Source of the DNA: Bacteroidota bacterium
GTDB taxonomy: Bacteria; Bacteroidota; Bacteroidia; UBA4408
DNA length: 64,000 nucleotides
Direction of reading: 5' to 3'
NCBI GenBank assembly: GCA_046297395.1
Contig: JBKCNM010000071.1
Coordinates: forward strand, 2,255 to 66,254
A program made the position numbers and the translations under genes. Below are positions 27,770 through 39,472 of this stretch, piece by piece. Below the pieces are notes generated by a model. It was given only the letters and a program-made list of their open reading frames with translations, had not been told where the DNA came from and made no database searches. Numbering within the stretch: the stretch's first letter is position 1; each line of letters opens with the position of its first letter.

Positions 27770-28645
27770 CTATCTTAGTTTTATTTGCAAGTAATTTTCA
27801 CGCATTGCACCAAAACTATGATACAATCGTGATGTTCCCGGATCTGTGCTTCCCTCGAAGTCAAAAAAATTCGCAGTTTGTGCTAACCTTCTGAATAGTT
27901 GATCCAGCAAGTAATACATGCCAAACATTTCCTTTCCTTGTAGAGAATTTGCTGAAAATATGAGTGTTATTCTCCCTTCAAAGCAGAATAAGACAATTCC
28001 ACAGCAAATATATCCTTCATGCCTAAGTCCCACGCATATTAACTCAGCATGTTTTTTTACTGTCTCGCAAAGAGATGGAAACAACGATTCTGTTTGTTTC
28101 ATAAAAGTCTTACTAGCCTTGTTTTGCATGGCTGAAAACAAATGAATTAGTTCATCCGGATGTACCTTGTCATCAAGAGTTAATTCAAAACGAGCTGCCT
28201 TCTTAAGGTTTCTTTTTAGATTTTCTGAGTAAGCCGCAGAGAGCGCCTCATAATTTGCAAACAAATTAAGCAGGCTATTGGGTAGGATTTTAACCATCCT
28301 TTCAGGATAACTGGTAAGGTGCTGCACATTTAGATTCACCCGCACAAACTTATTTGCAAGTTTATTCAACACTTCCTCCACCTCTTCAATTCCGGGAATA
28401 TGTTTTCCAAAAAAGCCCAACTGCTGCACAAATGCAGGTGTGTAGCAGTATGGAATGAATATTTTTTGTTTGGCAGGTACCGGAAAAATCCACTCGTAAT
28501 CATTTTTTACAATTCCACACCAGCCCGGATTCACTACATCCAAATACCATGAATTTGCATAGATAAGCGGCCTGAGGCTATTTTTTACTGCAGCGTCCCA
28601 TTTCGCGTAGTCTATTTCATGCGATTGGAGATAATAAATTGCCAT
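27770..28645 (-). CDS. GNAT-fold / FemAB-like acyltransferase
   Basis: ID..KWD, IYA.SWYLD, P.FVQQLG, YSEN.KRNLKKA, FDFEGS..PG..R.Y.SFGA. Confidence 0.8.
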   Translation of the reverse strand: MAIYYLQSHEIDYAKWDAAVKNSLRPLIYANSWYLDVVNPGWCGIVKNDYEWIFPVPAKQKIFIPYCYTPAFVQQLGFFGKHIPGIEEVEEVLNKLANKFVRVNLNVQHLTSYPERMVKILPNSLLNLFANYEALSAAYSENLKRNLKKAARFELTLDDKVHPDELIHLFSAMQNKASKTFMKQTESLFPSLCETVKKHAELICVGLRHEGYICCGIVLFCFEGRITLIFSANSLQGKEMFGMYYLLDQLFRRLAQTANFFDFEGSTDPGTSRLYHSFGAMRENYLQIKLR

Positions 28646-28647
28646 AC

Positions 28648-29034
28648 TTAACTTCCGGTAAAATCGTCTAACTCTCTTCTGCTTTTTTTGGTTGGTCTGC
28701 CTATCTTGGATCTCCTTTTTCCTGTGTAGAAAAAGAAGGTTTCCGATTTCTCTTTCTTCTCGGGCAGGGGAGATAAATCTTTATAATATCCAACGGCAAG
28801 GGCTGCCCCAAGCCTTTTCTCTAGAATTCCTGTAACTTCAATCACCCAGGATTTTGCAGTGGTTTCAATCTCGTATTGTTCGCCGATTTTTGCAGGGTGA
28901 GAAGCTTTTATTCGCTGTCCGAACATAGTCACTTTTCCTTCTTCAATAGACCGGGATGCCAGGCTCCTTGTTTTAAATATTCGGATGGCCCAAAGATATT
29001 TATCAATTCTTACTTTTTCTGTCAGAGACATCAC
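28648..29034 (-). CDS. hslR: RNA-binding S4 protein (Hsp15/HslR)
   Basis: VRIDKYLWAIRIFKTRSLA, G.V...G...K.S, GRPTKK.RR.LD. Confidence 0.9.
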   Translation of the reverse strand: MMSLTEKVRIDKYLWAIRIFKTRSLASRSIEEGKVTMFGQRIKASHPAKIGEQYEIETTAKSWVIEVTGILEKRLGAALAVGYYKDLSPLPEKKEKSETFFFYTGKRRSKIGRPTKKSRRELDDFTGS

Positions 29035-29816
29035 TGATTAACTGCCCTTGCTATAATTTCAGATACATCCAATACTTCAACCTGTTCCTCTTTTTCAAGG
29101 TGCTTTACCCCATCTTTCATCATTGTCATACAAAACGGACAAGCAACTGCTATTACCTCTGCCTGTGTAGCGACTGCTTCCTCCGCCCGGTCATGGTTTA
29201 TTTCTTTGTCTCCTTTTTCAGCTTCCTTAAACATCTGTGCACCTCCGGCGCCGCAGCATAAACCATTTGCGCGCGACCTTTTCATTTCGGTTAGCTCTGC
29301 ATCTAAAGTCCAAAGAAGATTCCTGGGTGCTTCATATTCATTATTGGCTCGGCCCAGGTAACAGGGATCGTGAAAAGTAATTCGCTTTCCCTTAAAAGAC
29401 CCTCCCTCAACTCGGATTTTTCCTGACGACAAAAGTTTGTTGATGTATTGGGTGTGATGCATAACTTCATAATTCCCTCCAAGCTGAGGATATTCATTTT
29501 TCAGGGTATTAAAACAGTGAGGACATGCAGTTACAATGTTTTTTATTTCGTATCCATTCAGCACTTCTATGTTCGTGAGTGCCTGCATCTGAAACAAGAA
29601 TTCATTTCCTGCGCGTTTTGCCGGATCGCCCGAACAAGACTCTTCAGGTCCGAGAACCGCAAAGGAAATGCCCGCATGCTGAAGCAAACCTGCGAATGCA
29701 CGAGTGATTTTTTTTGCCCGGTCATCAAAACTACCGGCACAACCAACCCAGAAAAGTACTTCCGGACTTTTGCCCTCAGCCATCATTTCGGCCATGGTGG
29801 ATATTTGAAGTTTCAT
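29031..29816 (-). CDS. CCG-domain Fe-S protein (HdrD/GlpC/FadF C-terminal-like)
   Basis: FWVGCAG, E.CSG, TACPHC, FHDPCYLGR, CCGAGG, ACPFC. Confidence 0.9.
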   Translation of the reverse strand: MKLQISTMAEMMAEGKSPEVLFWVGCAGSFDDRAKKITRAFAGLLQHAGISFAVLGPEESCSGDPAKRAGNEFLFQMQALTNIEVLNGYEIKNIVTACPHCFNTLKNEYPQLGGNYEVMHHTQYINKLLSSGKIRVEGGSFKGKRITFHDPCYLGRANNEYEAPRNLLWTLDAELTEMKRSRANGLCCGAGGAQMFKEAEKGDKEINHDRAEEAVATQAEVIAVACPFCMTMMKDGVKHLEKEEQVEVLDVSEIIARAVNQ

Positions 29817-29984
29817 GTTTTATGCTTTGCTTTTTTGTATAACTATTCTTTGTTCTATCAGTGGACTCATGTTTTGAGTTGAAGAATCATTTTTAGTAGC
29901 TGTTATTTATTTCACGCATTCTTCCTGTCACTATTTTTTCCTCTCAAAATTCCCTTTATCTGACCCTGCAGAACAGATGATTTT

Positions 29985-31355
29985 TTACTCCTCATTTTTC
30001 CAGTTTAATCTGTCGCTGGCTGCAAACTGCCAAGGTGCTCCGTTGTTTTCAACATTGGTAAACATCGTATTTAGGGAGGCCGGTGCAGCAGATTCCTCCA
30101 TCACAAGATATCGTCGTAAGTCCATGATGATGGAAAGGGGATTGATATTGATAGGACATTCCTGAACACAGGCATTACAAGTGGTACAAGCCCAAAGTTC
30201 CTCAGGAGTGATGTAATCATGCAGAAGGGTTTTGCCGCTTTCAAAAGGGTTTTCACCCTTGTCCAAAAGTTTGCCCGCTTCTTCCATTCTGTCTCGTGTT
30301 TGCATCATGATTTTTCTGGGAGACAATAATTTTCCGGTTTGGTTTGCCGGACATGCTGAACTGCATCTGCCGCATTCAGTGCATGAATAAGCATTGAGCA
30401 ACTGCACCCATGATAGGTCATTTACATCCTTTGCTCCAAAACGAGAAGGGCTCGCATCAGTAGGAACAGGTAGTGAGGGATCAAGCATGAGTTTCACTTC
30501 TTTGGTCACACTTTCAAGATTTGTAAACTGGCCCTTTGCTCCTAATTTGGAATACCAAACATTGGGGAAGGCAAGGATGATGTGAAAATGTTTGGAGTAG
30601 GGGAGGTAATTCAAGAACAATAAGATCCCAACAATGTGAAACCACCAGCATACCCGCTCAATCATTACCAGTGCATCCCAGGAATCCGGCAGGAATCCGG
30701 TAAGCCATGCGCTGACTGGGAAATACAGCGTGCTCCCCGGTTTTGCATCCAATCCAAAGATGTGGATGCCTGTATGTCCGTAATGAGACATCATCATGGG
30801 TATGTTCAAGTTGTCTATCGACATCAACACGCCATCCGCTGCGTTCATAAACAGAAAAGCACTCATCAACAAGATTTCTGTGACAAGGATGATGTCGGCA
30901 TCTTTTCCGGGAAAACCATCAAGGTCTTTTTGAACAAACCTCTTTACCCGCACAAGATGTCTCCTCGCCAGAAAAACAACACAACTCACCAGAACCAAGA
31001 ATGCTAACACCTCAAAGGCCGTAATAAAGTAATAATAAGGCATCCCGATAAATGAAAAAAGCCTGTGTTTACCTGTTATTCCATCGAGAATAATTTCAAG
31101 TACCTCTATATTAATGATGACAAAGCCAACATAAATAAATATGTGCATGATACCTGCTACAGGCCTGCTTACCATTTTTGATTGTCCGAGTGCTACCCTG
31201 AGGGTTTCCATCCAGCGTTCTTTTTTCCGGTCATTGATCTCCTCCTCTCTGCCTATGCGAATGTTTCGCATCACGCGCCGAATGTTTTTGGCAAACCAGA
31301 AAATGGCTACCCCCAACAATAACATAAAAATTGCCTGTGATAAATATGGCATCAT
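29985..31355 (-). CDS. Membrane Fe-S oxidoreductase (cytochrome-b-like TM domain + 2x[4Fe-4S]; FadF N-terminal-like)
   Basis: TM helices with conserved His (GIMH, WWFH, SKHFH); CTECGRCSSACP and CTTCNACVQECP. Confidence 0.9.
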   Translation of the reverse strand: MMPYLSQAIFMLLLGVAIFWFAKNIRRVMRNIRIGREEEINDRKKERWMETLRVALGQSKMVSRPVAGIMHIFIYVGFVIINIEVLEIILDGITGKHRLFSFIGMPYYYFITAFEVLAFLVLVSCVVFLARRHLVRVKRFVQKDLDGFPGKDADIILVTEILLMSAFLFMNAADGVLMSIDNLNIPMMMSHYGHTGIHIFGLDAKPGSTLYFPVSAWLTGFLPDSWDALVMIERVCWWFHIVGILLFLNYLPYSKHFHIILAFPNVWYSKLGAKGQFTNLESVTKEVKLMLDPSLPVPTDASPSRFGAKDVNDLSWVQLLNAYSCTECGRCSSACPANQTGKLLSPRKIMMQTRDRMEEAGKLLDKGENPFESGKTLLHDYITPEELWACTTCNACVQECPININPLSIIMDLRRYLVMEESAAPASLNTMFTNVENNGAPWQFAASDRLNWKNEE

Positions 31356-31466
31356 AGCATTTGAATTTTGTCCAACAATTTTACAAAAAAATGATTTACC
31401 CGAATTTTATTTCATTCTTCGGGTCATGGCGCAGGCTTTAATGCTAATTTTACCGCCCCATTACTT

Positions 31467-34400
31467 ATGCCGGTTTCCGATATCCTTGAAGCCATTTCGA
31501 AAAGTCATGTTTTTCAGGAACTTCAGTCTTGCCTCAAAAACACCTCAGCTTTTTATGTGCAGGCCGATGCAAAAACCGGTTCTTTTCCCGCATTTCTAAC
31601 CGCAGCACTTTCTCTGAGTGAAACAGGCAATGAGCCTCTGCATTTTTGCCTGTTGGCTGATGGGTACGAGGATGCGGCTTATTTGTTTAATGATCTGGAA
31701 TCCTTATCAGCCGGAATGAACGGAAAGAGGGATGTACATTTTTTAAGTGCCTCCTCTCGCATGCCATATGCCACTGATGATCCTGATTCTGCAGCGCTTC
31801 ATGCCCGAAATGAAACCCTCGGCAAGTTGCGCATGTCTGCCAATCAGCAATTGCTTGTTACCTACAGCGAAGCTATTTTTGAAAAGGTGGTTACCCACAC
31901 GGAATTGTCCAAAAACACCTTTGAAGTGGTCAAAGGTCAGACACTTTCTGTAGACTTTATCATTGAGTTTTTGCAGGAGTATGCATTTGTGCGCACAGAG
32001 TTTGTGTATGAGCCCGGACAATATGCCGTGAGGGGTGGGATTGTAGATGTTTTTTCCTATGCCCATGACTTGCCTTTACGGATTGAATTTTTTGGTGATG
32101 AAGTGGAGACCATACGCACATTTGATCCGGTAAGCCAGCTCTCTGAGCAACATTTCAAAAGTGTGCTCATCATGCCCGACATGAGTCTGTCAGGCCGGAA
32201 AGAGTATACCTCTTTCATGGAGTTTATGCCGCCGCGCACGGTCTTTCTGTTATTGTCCGCATTCGAAACTTCAAATAGCATTGCCTCTCTTTATGAATCA
32301 GCATCCAAACGCTATGAGGAAACGCTGCAATCAGACCGGGAAAATCTTCATCCTTCCGAATTATACCTCGATGAACAATCTTTTATAGCTTTTATCCAGC
32401 GAAGCCGCATCGTTGATTTTTCTCATCACACGCTTTTGCCACCCGAAAAAGCACTCACTTTTGGAATCAGGCCCCAGCCTTCTTTCAATAAAAACTTTGA
32501 TCTGCTCATTGGCAATCTGAAAGAAAATCACGGAAAGAAAATCCGTACCATCCTCTTTTCCGATACTCCCAAACAAGTGGAACGGATTGAATCTATTTTG
32601 TGTGATATAACAGGTAAAAAAGACATTTCGGAATTGCTTAGTGGCTATGCAGCACTCAGTATTCATCAGGGATTTATTGATGAAAAATCAGGAATAGCCT
32701 GTTATACCGATCATCAGGTGTTCGACCGCTATCATCGCTACCGGTTGCGTTCACTTGCCAAGGCAGGAAAAGAAGCATCTGTATTAAAGGAATTGTCTGA
32801 TCTCAGTCCCGGAGATTATGTTTCGCACATTGATCATGGGATTGGGATTTTTGCCGGTCTTGAAAAAATTGATGTCAACGGCAAGCAGCAAGAAGCCATT
32901 CGTTTGGTTTACCGCGATTCTGATATCCTTTATGTAAGCATTCATGCCTTGCATAAAATCAGCCGCTACAGCAGTAGTGAAGGCAAGGTTCCTTCCATCA
33001 ATAAGCTGGGTAGCAATGCCTGGTCATCACTTAAAAATAAAACCAAAAAGAAGGTTAAAGAACTGGCTTATGATTTGGTAAAACTTTATGCAAGACGAAA
33101 AGCGGTTTCGGGCGTTGCTTATGATCCTGATAATTATTTGCAAACAGAGCTTGAAGCCTCTTTTGTTTACGAAGATACCCCCGACCAGGAAAAAGCGACG
33201 GCAGCTGTAAAAAAAGACATGGAAGCTGCTTTTCCTATGGACAGGCTCATCTGTGGGGATGTTGGTTTCGGAAAAACCGAAATCGCAGTGAGGGCAGCCT
33301 TCAAGGCTGTTTGTTTTAGCAAGCAGGTAGCACTTCTGGTGCCTACCACCATTTTGGCCATGCAGCACCACAAAACATTTACGGAACGACTCAAAGGATT
33401 GCCTGCAAATGTGGAGTACATCAACCGCTTTAAGTCTGCTAAAGAGCAAAAAGAAATTCTTGAAAAACTCAAACTTGGCAAAATTGATATCATCATCGGT
33501 ACTCATAAATTACTGGGTAAAGAAGTAGTTTTTAAGGACCTTGGTTTACTCATCATAGATGAGGAACAGAAGTTTGGAGTTTCTGCAAAAGACAAAATCA
33601 AGACCCTGAGAACCCATGTAGATACGCTTACACTCACAGCTACTCCCATACCTAGAACACTTCAATTTTCCATGATGGGAGCGCGCGATTTATCTATCAT
33701 TGCCACACCTCCCCCCAATCGCTATCCTGTAAAAACAACGGTTCATCCCTTTGATGAGAACCTGATCAAAGAGGCAATTCAATTTGAACTAAGCAGGGGC
33801 GGACAGGTTTTTTTTATACACAATAGGGTAAAAAATATCCAGGAAATTGCCGGTTTTGTTCAACGACTTGTTCCCAAGGCAGTGATCGGCACAGGTCATG
33901 GGCAGATGGAAGGAGAAGATCTTGAAAAAGTGATGCTTGATTTTGTGGAAGGTAGAACAGATATATTAATAAGCACTTCTATCATCGAATCGGGTCTCGA
34001 TATCAGCAATGCAAACACCATTATCATCAATGAGGCACATCATTTTGGCTTGAGTGATCTTCATCAGATGCGCGGCAGGGTTGGAAGAAGCAATAAAAAA
34101 GCCTATTGCTATTTGCTTGCTCCGCCACTGAGCACGCTCACCCCTGATGCCAAGAGGCGTTTAAAGACACTCGAAGAATTTTCAGATCTGGGATCAGGTT
34201 TCCAGATTGCATTGAGAGATCTGGATATCAGAGGTGCAGGTAATCTTTTGGGTGCTGAGCAGAGTGGTTTCATCAATGAAATCGGATTCGACATGTACAT
34301 GAAGATACTCGATGAGGCCATTATGGAACTAAGAGAAGAAGACGAAAGTTTTCGTGAAAATCTAACGGTAAGCGGAAGGCTAAAACACATCAATGAAAAC

Positions 34401-34892
34401 GCTTTCGTCAGAGACTGTCAGGTAGATACCGACTTGGAGGTACTTATTCCCGATGATTATGTGGCTGATATTTCTGAACGACTTTTGCTTTATCGCGAAT
34501 TGGATGAATTGAGTCAGGATGAGGAGTTAGAAGCTTTTGTTGGCCGTTTGCGCGACAGGTTTGGCCCGCCTCCTTCCTCGGTTTTTGATTTGGTTGAAAC
34601 AAAAAAATTGAGGCGGGAATGCATGCGCCTGGGCATTGAAAAGGTGGTTGTGAAACTTGGTAAGTTTATATGCTATTTTGTTTCAAAATCCAACTCACCC
34701 TATTATGAAAGTGAGGTTTTTAAGGGCGTGTTGTCCTATGTGAAACACAATCCCTCCAAAGGGCGTTTCAAAGAAAATGCAGGAAAACTGTATTATGTTT
34801 TTGAAGGGGTGAGTTCTCTTATGCAGGCTCAGCAAATTGTACACAATATTTATTTAAAAGTCATCCCTTCTCTACCTCAGGAATCTGTGTAA
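31467..34892 (+). CDS. mfd: Transcription-repair coupling factor Mfd
   Basis: [82 protein letters not shown]. Confidence 0.98.
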   Translation: MPVSDILEAISKSHVFQELQSCLKNTSAFYVQADAKTGSFPAFLTAALSLSETGNEPLHFCLLADGYEDAAYLFNDLESLSAGMNGKRDVHFLSASSRMPYATDDPDSAALHARNETLGKLRMSANQQLLVTYSEAIFEKVVTHTELSKNTFEVVKGQTLSVDFIIEFLQEYAFVRTEFVYEPGQYAVRGGIVDVFSYAHDLPLRIEFFGDEVETIRTFDPVSQLSEQHFKSVLIMPDMSLSGRKEYTSFMEFMPPRTVFLLLSAFETSNSIASLYESASKRYEETLQSDRENLHPSELYLDEQSFIAFIQRSRIVDFSHHTLLPPEKALTFGIRPQPSFNKNFDLLIGNLKENHGKKIRTILFSDTPKQVERIESILCDITGKKDISELLSGYAALSIHQGFIDEKSGIACYTDHQVFDRYHRYRLRSLAKAGKEASVLKELSDLSPGDYVSHIDHGIGIFAGLEKIDVNGKQQEAIRLVYRDSDILYVSIHALHKISRYSSSEGKVPSINKLGSNAWSSLKNKTKKKVKELAYDLVKLYARRKAVSGVAYDPDNYLQTELEASFVYEDTPDQEKATAAVKKDMEAAFPMDRLICGDVGFGKTEIAVRAAFKAVCFSKQVALLVPTTILAMQHHKTFTERLKGLPANVEYINRFKSAKEQKEILEKLKLGKIDIIIGTHKLLGKEVVFKDLGLLIIDEEQKFGVSAKDKIKTLRTHVDTLTLTATPIPRTLQFSMMGARDLSIIATPPPNRYPVKTTVHPFDENLIKEAIQFELSRGGQVFFIHNRVKNIQEIAGFVQRLVPKAVIGTGHGQMEGEDLEKVMLDFVEGRTDILISTSIIESGLDISNANTIIINEAHHFGLSDLHQMRGRVGRSNKKAYCYLLAPPLSTLTPDAKRRLKTLEEFSDLGSGFQIALRDLDIRGAGNLLGAEQSGFINEIGFDMYMKILDEAIMELREEDESFRENLTVSGRLKHINENAFVRDCQVDTDLEVLIPDDYVADISERLLLYRELDELSQDEELEAFVGRLRDRFGPPPSSVFDLVETKKLRRECMRLGIEKVVVKLGKFICYFVSKSNSPYYESEVFKGVLSYVKHNPSKGRFKENAGKLYYVFEGVSSLMQAQQIVHNIYLKVIPSLPQESV

Positions 34893-34897
34893 AGTTT

Positions 34898-35587
34898 TCA
34901 AAGAAACTGACGCAATTCGGGGAGGGTATTGATGCGATAGGTAGATGATTTGTGCGCATGCGACTGAGATGGGTTAAACCAAACCTGGTCCATACCCACA
35001 CCGGCTGCTCCTATGATATCTGCGCCATGATTGTCGCCAATCATCAGTGATTCTGATGCTACCGCCCGGTTGCTTTGTAAAGCAAACTCGAAAATTTCTT
35101 TGCCAGGTTTCATGCATTTTGCCTTTTCGGATGTAATTACTGAATCAAAAAAGTGTGAAATCCCCGCATGTTTTATTTTCTTGTGTTGCACCTCTTCAAA
35201 TCCATTGGTGATGAGATGTATGTTGTAACTTTTCCTTAAGTATTCAAGGGTCTCATGTGCTCCTTCTATTAAAATCTTTCTGGAGGGAAGTTCTTGCAGG
35301 TATTCTTCACTGATTTTTTTTGTGAAAAATTCATCCGTGATGCCTTGTCCCAAGAGTGAAACCCTGAACCTTTCGGTTCTCAGCGTTTGCTGATCGATCT
35401 CCCCATTTTCATATTGCACCCACAATTTTTTATTGACGACTTTGTAAGTTTCAACAAATCCTTCAGGGCCATGAGCAGCGGGGAAATTGTATTTTTTTGC
35501 AAGACTGAATAGCGTATTTTCAGAATTGGTTTCAAAATCCCAGAGCGTATGGTCCAGGTCAAAAAACAAGTGCCTGTACTTTCTCAT
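34898..35587 (-). CDS. yjjG: YjjG-family HAD pyrimidine nucleotidase
   Basis: FFDLDHTLWDF, ITNGF..VQ..K, KP...IF, MIGDN..ADI.GA...G. Confidence 0.88.
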   Translation of the reverse strand: MRKYRHLFFDLDHTLWDFETNSENTLFSLAKKYNFPAAHGPEGFVETYKVVNKKLWVQYENGEIDQQTLRTERFRVSLLGQGITDEFFTKKISEEYLQELPSRKILIEGAHETLEYLRKSYNIHLITNGFEEVQHKKIKHAGISHFFDSVITSEKAKCMKPGKEIFEFALQSNRAVASESLMIGDNHGADIIGAAGVGMDQVWFNPSQSHAHKSSTYRINTLPELRQFL

Positions 35588-35593
35588 GGTGTA

Positions 35594-38191
35594 TCATCTT
35601 TGAATGATTAGTTCTGTAATTTTTCTTTTAGCGTCGTTATTTGCCTCCAGGAGATAAACACCTGCAGCGAGGGATGACACATCAATTTGTATATGACTCG
35701 CATAAGGCTGAGTACTTACCCAAATAGTTCTTCCCTGTGTATCCATTATTTTTAGCTTGATCGTGTTTCCACCGAAATGTTCTGTTACAAGGGTGATGTT
35801 TTGATTCGCAGGATTTGGAAACAACATGGCAACCGGATCTGCTATGGATTTTACTGCCTGCACAGGTAAACTGTCCTGCACAGGAGTTTGCCATACTCCG
35901 CGACCATAAGTGGATGCGCGCAACATTCCGGCCATGTATTGAAATTCCAAATCGGTTACTACTGTGTTGGGCAATCCGTTGTTAAAAGGCAGCCAGGAAT
36001 TGAGGCTGTCGTTGGTGTAATACACGCCCAAATCGGTGCCCACATACACTCGGGTGTTGGTGTTGTTTTGGTAGGCAATGCAATTAACAGGAACAGCCGG
36101 CAGCCCGGTTTTCGTAATGTTTGTCCAGGTGCTTCCACCATTAAAGGTCATGAACACTTTGTTGGATGCTGTAAATCCGCCAAGGGTGAGATAAGCCGTA
36201 TTGGGGTCTCCGGATTTAACCAAAACCCTTGTGTAGTTATTGCCGGGCAAACCGGAATTAACGATTTGCCAGTTCGATCCACCATCGATGGTTTTGTACA
36301 CTCTTCCGCCGCTGATGGCAAAAACCACATTGGCATCAACATCAGAAATAGATACATCTACATAGGTTCCCTGTCCGTTTATCCCATTGGTTGATTGAAA
36401 CCAAGATTCTCCGTTGTCAGTAGATTTCCAAATTTCACGATAGCCTGCATACATGATGTCATGATTGCTGGCGGCCATTGCAAAAGGTGTTACCCATGCA
36501 CCTGTGTCAGGAGGAGATACAGGATAAAAAAACGCTCCGTTATTGGTAGACTTGTACATATCGCCATAGTAGAGTTCAGCAAACATTACCGACTCATCCG
36601 TATGATCAATAAGACAATCCATGCCATCTCCACCCAGTACCCTTTCGAAATTATTTGCAAAAAAGAGATCGGAACCATTGTCCTGTGAACCGTAGATAAT
36701 GGCGCCTGGATTTGTTCTCGCATTGTCCATCCGGTAAATTTGTTTGATGGCCAAACCTGCACTGCAATCTGTGTAATTCATTCCCGCATCAGTGGATTTG
36801 AACAGGCCGCCATCACAGCCAACCAGCAGGGTAGATGGATTGGCAGGATTAAATTCCATGTCGTGAATATCGGCATGCACATAAGGAGCACCGCCCCCGC
36901 CATACCAATGTGCGTTGAGCTCAAAATCAGCACCTCCATTAGTAGATTTCCAGATGTTAACACCTCCAACATATACTTCGTTTGCATTCACAGGTGAAAC
37001 ACATATACTCAGGGTAAAAAAAGCCTGACCTCCATCGTCATTTCCACTCGGATCCCATCCCAACAGGTTTGGAGAATCATTCACAAGATTCCAGGTGGCA
37101 CCCTCATCAGTGGATTTGTAAGTGGCCAGATAACTATAATCAGAAGACCTGGAGAGCAATGCATAAATAGTGGAGGGTGCTGCAGGACTTATTCCAAGGG
37201 AAATTCTGCCAATTCCGCTGGAAGGTAAACCGGTGCCTCCGGAATTACCGGCAAAACTGAGTCCTCCATTGGTGGATTTAAAAACCAATGAATTGTTGCT
37301 TGCAAAAACGATGTTGGGATTGCCCGGTTTAAATTCAATATCACGGAAAACACCCGGCCGCAATTGACTCCATGTTGCGCCTGCATCTGCACTACGGAAT
37401 AATCCTCCTGTGGTAGCCGCCAATAAAACAGAGGTGTCAGTGGGATGCATCACAAGCTTGTCGATGCGTCTGTTGACGCTCAGGTTAAATGTCATTCCGG
37501 TAGGATTCCATGATTGTCCTCCGTCAGTAGATTTTAGTATACCAACACTGTAGGTGTCTCCGCTGGTATAGTCTCCTGTGGCAATGTAAACGGTATTTGT
37601 ATTTTGATGATTAAAGACGATGTCACTGATTCCAATCACAGGAAGGTTGTCAGTGGTGGTGTTTTGCCAGGTATTTCCTCCATCGAAGGATTTCCATAAA
37701 CCTCCCGCCGGTGTGCCAATCCATACCTCGCTGGGATGGCCGGGTTTGTGGCTGATACAAGAAACCCTACCCATGCCTCCCCCGGAGGCAGGAATGTCTT
37801 GAAAAGGACCGATAAGCTGCCAATTGGGTTCGGGAACTGAAGTAATTGACTTACTTGATTGCTGAATGCCCACATGATTAAATGCGTTCAAGTAATCAGT
37901 AGAGGTGGGGAAATGTCCAAGTGAGTCAACACGCGTTTCCCAGAACCATTCCCATCGTTTGAAGATTTCTGAATACCTGCCGCTGCCTTCATGCCTTTCT
38001 GCTTTGCTATCAGATTGAATGAGATGGGTTTTATTTAACTCTTGCGCCTCCGCCCATTTGTAAAAAGCTTCCTTGATCGCAAAGAAGTTATTCTCTTTTC
38101 CGGGTTCAATATTTTCAAGCCAAGGTTGCGCATGTGACTCTGACAAAAACAGTGTGCCCAACATGAGGGCAATTTTGAAAAAGGATTTCAT
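35594..38191 (-). CDS. Secreted BNR/Asp-box beta-propeller (VPS10/YCF48-like) with T9SS CTD
   Basis: Signal peptide, FKRWEWFW, many S/T.DGG..W Asp-boxes, HADIH, GSQDNG, TYGRG.W; C-terminal FPNPA...GVY. Confidence 0.88.
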   Translation of the reverse strand: MKSFFKIALMLGTLFLSESHAQPWLENIEPGKENNFFAIKEAFYKWAEAQELNKTHLIQSDSKAERHEGSGRYSEIFKRWEWFWETRVDSLGHFPTSTDYLNAFNHVGIQQSSKSITSVPEPNWQLIGPFQDIPASGGGMGRVSCISHKPGHPSEVWIGTPAGGLWKSFDGGNTWQNTTTDNLPVIGISDIVFNHQNTNTVYIATGDYTSGDTYSVGILKSTDGGQSWNPTGMTFNLSVNRRIDKLVMHPTDTSVLLAATTGGLFRSADAGATWSQLRPGVFRDIEFKPGNPNIVFASNNSLVFKSTNGGLSFAGNSGGTGLPSSGIGRISLGISPAAPSTIYALLSRSSDYSYLATYKSTDEGATWNLVNDSPNLLGWDPSGNDDGGQAFFTLSICVSPVNANEVYVGGVNIWKSTNGGADFELNAHWYGGGGAPYVHADIHDMEFNPANPSTLLVGCDGGLFKSTDAGMNYTDCSAGLAIKQIYRMDNARTNPGAIIYGSQDNGSDLFFANNFERVLGGDGMDCLIDHTDESVMFAELYYGDMYKSTNNGAFFYPVSPPDTGAWVTPFAMAASNHDIMYAGYREIWKSTDNGESWFQSTNGINGQGTYVDVSISDVDANVVFAISGGRVYKTIDGGSNWQIVNSGLPGNNYTRVLVKSGDPNTAYLTLGGFTASNKVFMTFNGGSTWTNITKTGLPAVPVNCIAYQNNTNTRVYVGTDLGVYYTNDSLNSWLPFNNGLPNTVVTDLEFQYMAGMLRASTYGRGVWQTPVQDSLPVQAVKSIADPVAMLFPNPANQNITLVTEHFGGNTIKLKIMDTQGRTIWVSTQPYASHIQIDVSSLAAGVYLLEANNDAKRKITELIIQR

Positions 38192-38192
38192 G

Positions 38193-38609
38193 TTATCGGA
38201 AATAGGGTTTTAAAAAGTCGGATAATTGTTGTGGAGGACGACATGGTTTATTGCTCTGTTTGTTAACAAAAACAAGGGTAGTAGTACCTTTGTTCAGGAT
38301 TTCTTCCTTTTGGTTGAAGCAAGTATAATCAAACCGGATTTTTGCATCAGGCATCACCGGTATAATGGTTTCTATGCTGATGACATCATCGTAAAAGGCC
38401 GGTTTGAAATAGTTTATTTCAAAGTGAATGACAGGCAACATTATGCCGGTATCTTCCATTTCGCGGTAGGACAGTCCCATGGAGCGCAAGGCTTCTACCC
38501 GTCCTGTTTCATAATACTGGGCATAATTGCCGTAATACACATATCCCATCCTGTCGGTCTCACTGTAGCGCACACGGATGGTTGAACAGTTTTTAAACAT
38601 GCTTGGCAA
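38193..38609 (-). CDS. YbgC-family acyl-CoA thioesterase
   Basis: IRVRYSETD.MG.VYYGNY..YYE.GR, Y.KPA.YDD. Confidence 0.9.
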   Translation of the reverse strand: MPSMFKNCSTIRVRYSETDRMGYVYYGNYAQYYETGRVEALRSMGLSYREMEDTGIMLPVIHFEINYFKPAFYDDVISIETIIPVMPDAKIRFDYTCFNQKEEILNKGTTTLVFVNKQSNKPCRPPQQLSDFLKPYFR

Positions 38610-38695
38610 GATAGCGAAGAAAATTGCATGCCTTCGCGGGTTTATGGATTTTTAAAAAACTATGTTCTGAACAAATCTATTGTTATCATTGCAAT

Positions 38696-39472
38696 GTGTT
38701 GTTTAAATCACCTTTCAGATACCATCAAACAGCTGTTTTTTTATTGACGCTGTGTTTTTTGAATGCCTGCAGAACAGGGCGTCCTGTTCTGCGTCAGGTA
38801 AGTGAAAAGCAAGTTCCTATAACTTCCGAAATAGGAATCGACTCCTCTATCATGCGGGAAATCTTGCCTTACAAATCTGCTCTTGAAAAAGAGATGAACA
38901 GTGTGTTGATCTTTTCCGATTCTGTTGCCATTAAAGATGAACCGGAAGGTTCCTTGGGTAATCTGGTAGCCGATTTGCTGCTGGAAAAGGCAAGGGCATT
39001 GGCCATGTCAAAAAACCTTACAGCAGATGTGTGTCTGCTCAACAAAGGTGGATTGCGAGCACCCTTGCCCAAAGGAGAAATTACTCTTGGTAAAGTATAT
39101 GAACTTATGCCTTTTGAGAATGAATTGGTTTTGGTTACACTCTCACCTGATAAATTCAAGGGGATGCTAAACTATATTGCAAGGTCGGGTGGACAACCCA
39201 TGGCCGGAATGAGGATGCTGATTAACGACTCTACTTATACAGAAATTACGCTTGATGGCAGGCCACTCGAAAACAATCGCAACTACGCTGTGCTTACAAG
39301 CGATTACCTGGCGTTTGGCGGAGACAAAATGCGTTTTTTCAAAGACCCGGTATCTGTGGTATTTTTAAATAAAAAGATTCGCGATGTACTGGTGGAGGCA
39401 ATGATTGAAAAAAACAGCAAGGGCATGATTTTAAAACCAAGAAAAGATGGAAGAATCACTCAACAGAAATAA
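38696..39472 (+). CDS. 5'-nucleotidase C-terminal (substrate-binding) domain lipoprotein
   Basis: Lipobox FLNAC; E..LGNLVAD, N.GGLR..L..G.IT, E.MPFEN, SDYLA.GGD. Start uncertain (38624 TTG or 38696 GTG). Confidence 0.85.
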   Translation: MLFKSPFRYHQTAVFLLTLCFLNACRTGRPVLRQVSEKQVPITSEIGIDSSIMREILPYKSALEKEMNSVLIFSDSVAIKDEPEGSLGNLVADLLLEKARALAMSKNLTADVCLLNKGGLRAPLPKGEITLGKVYELMPFENELVLVTLSPDKFKGMLNYIARSGGQPMAGMRMLINDSTYTEITLDGRPLENNRNYAVLTSDYLAFGGDKMRFFKDPVSVVFLNKKIRDVLVEAMIEKNSKGMILKPRKDGRITQQK

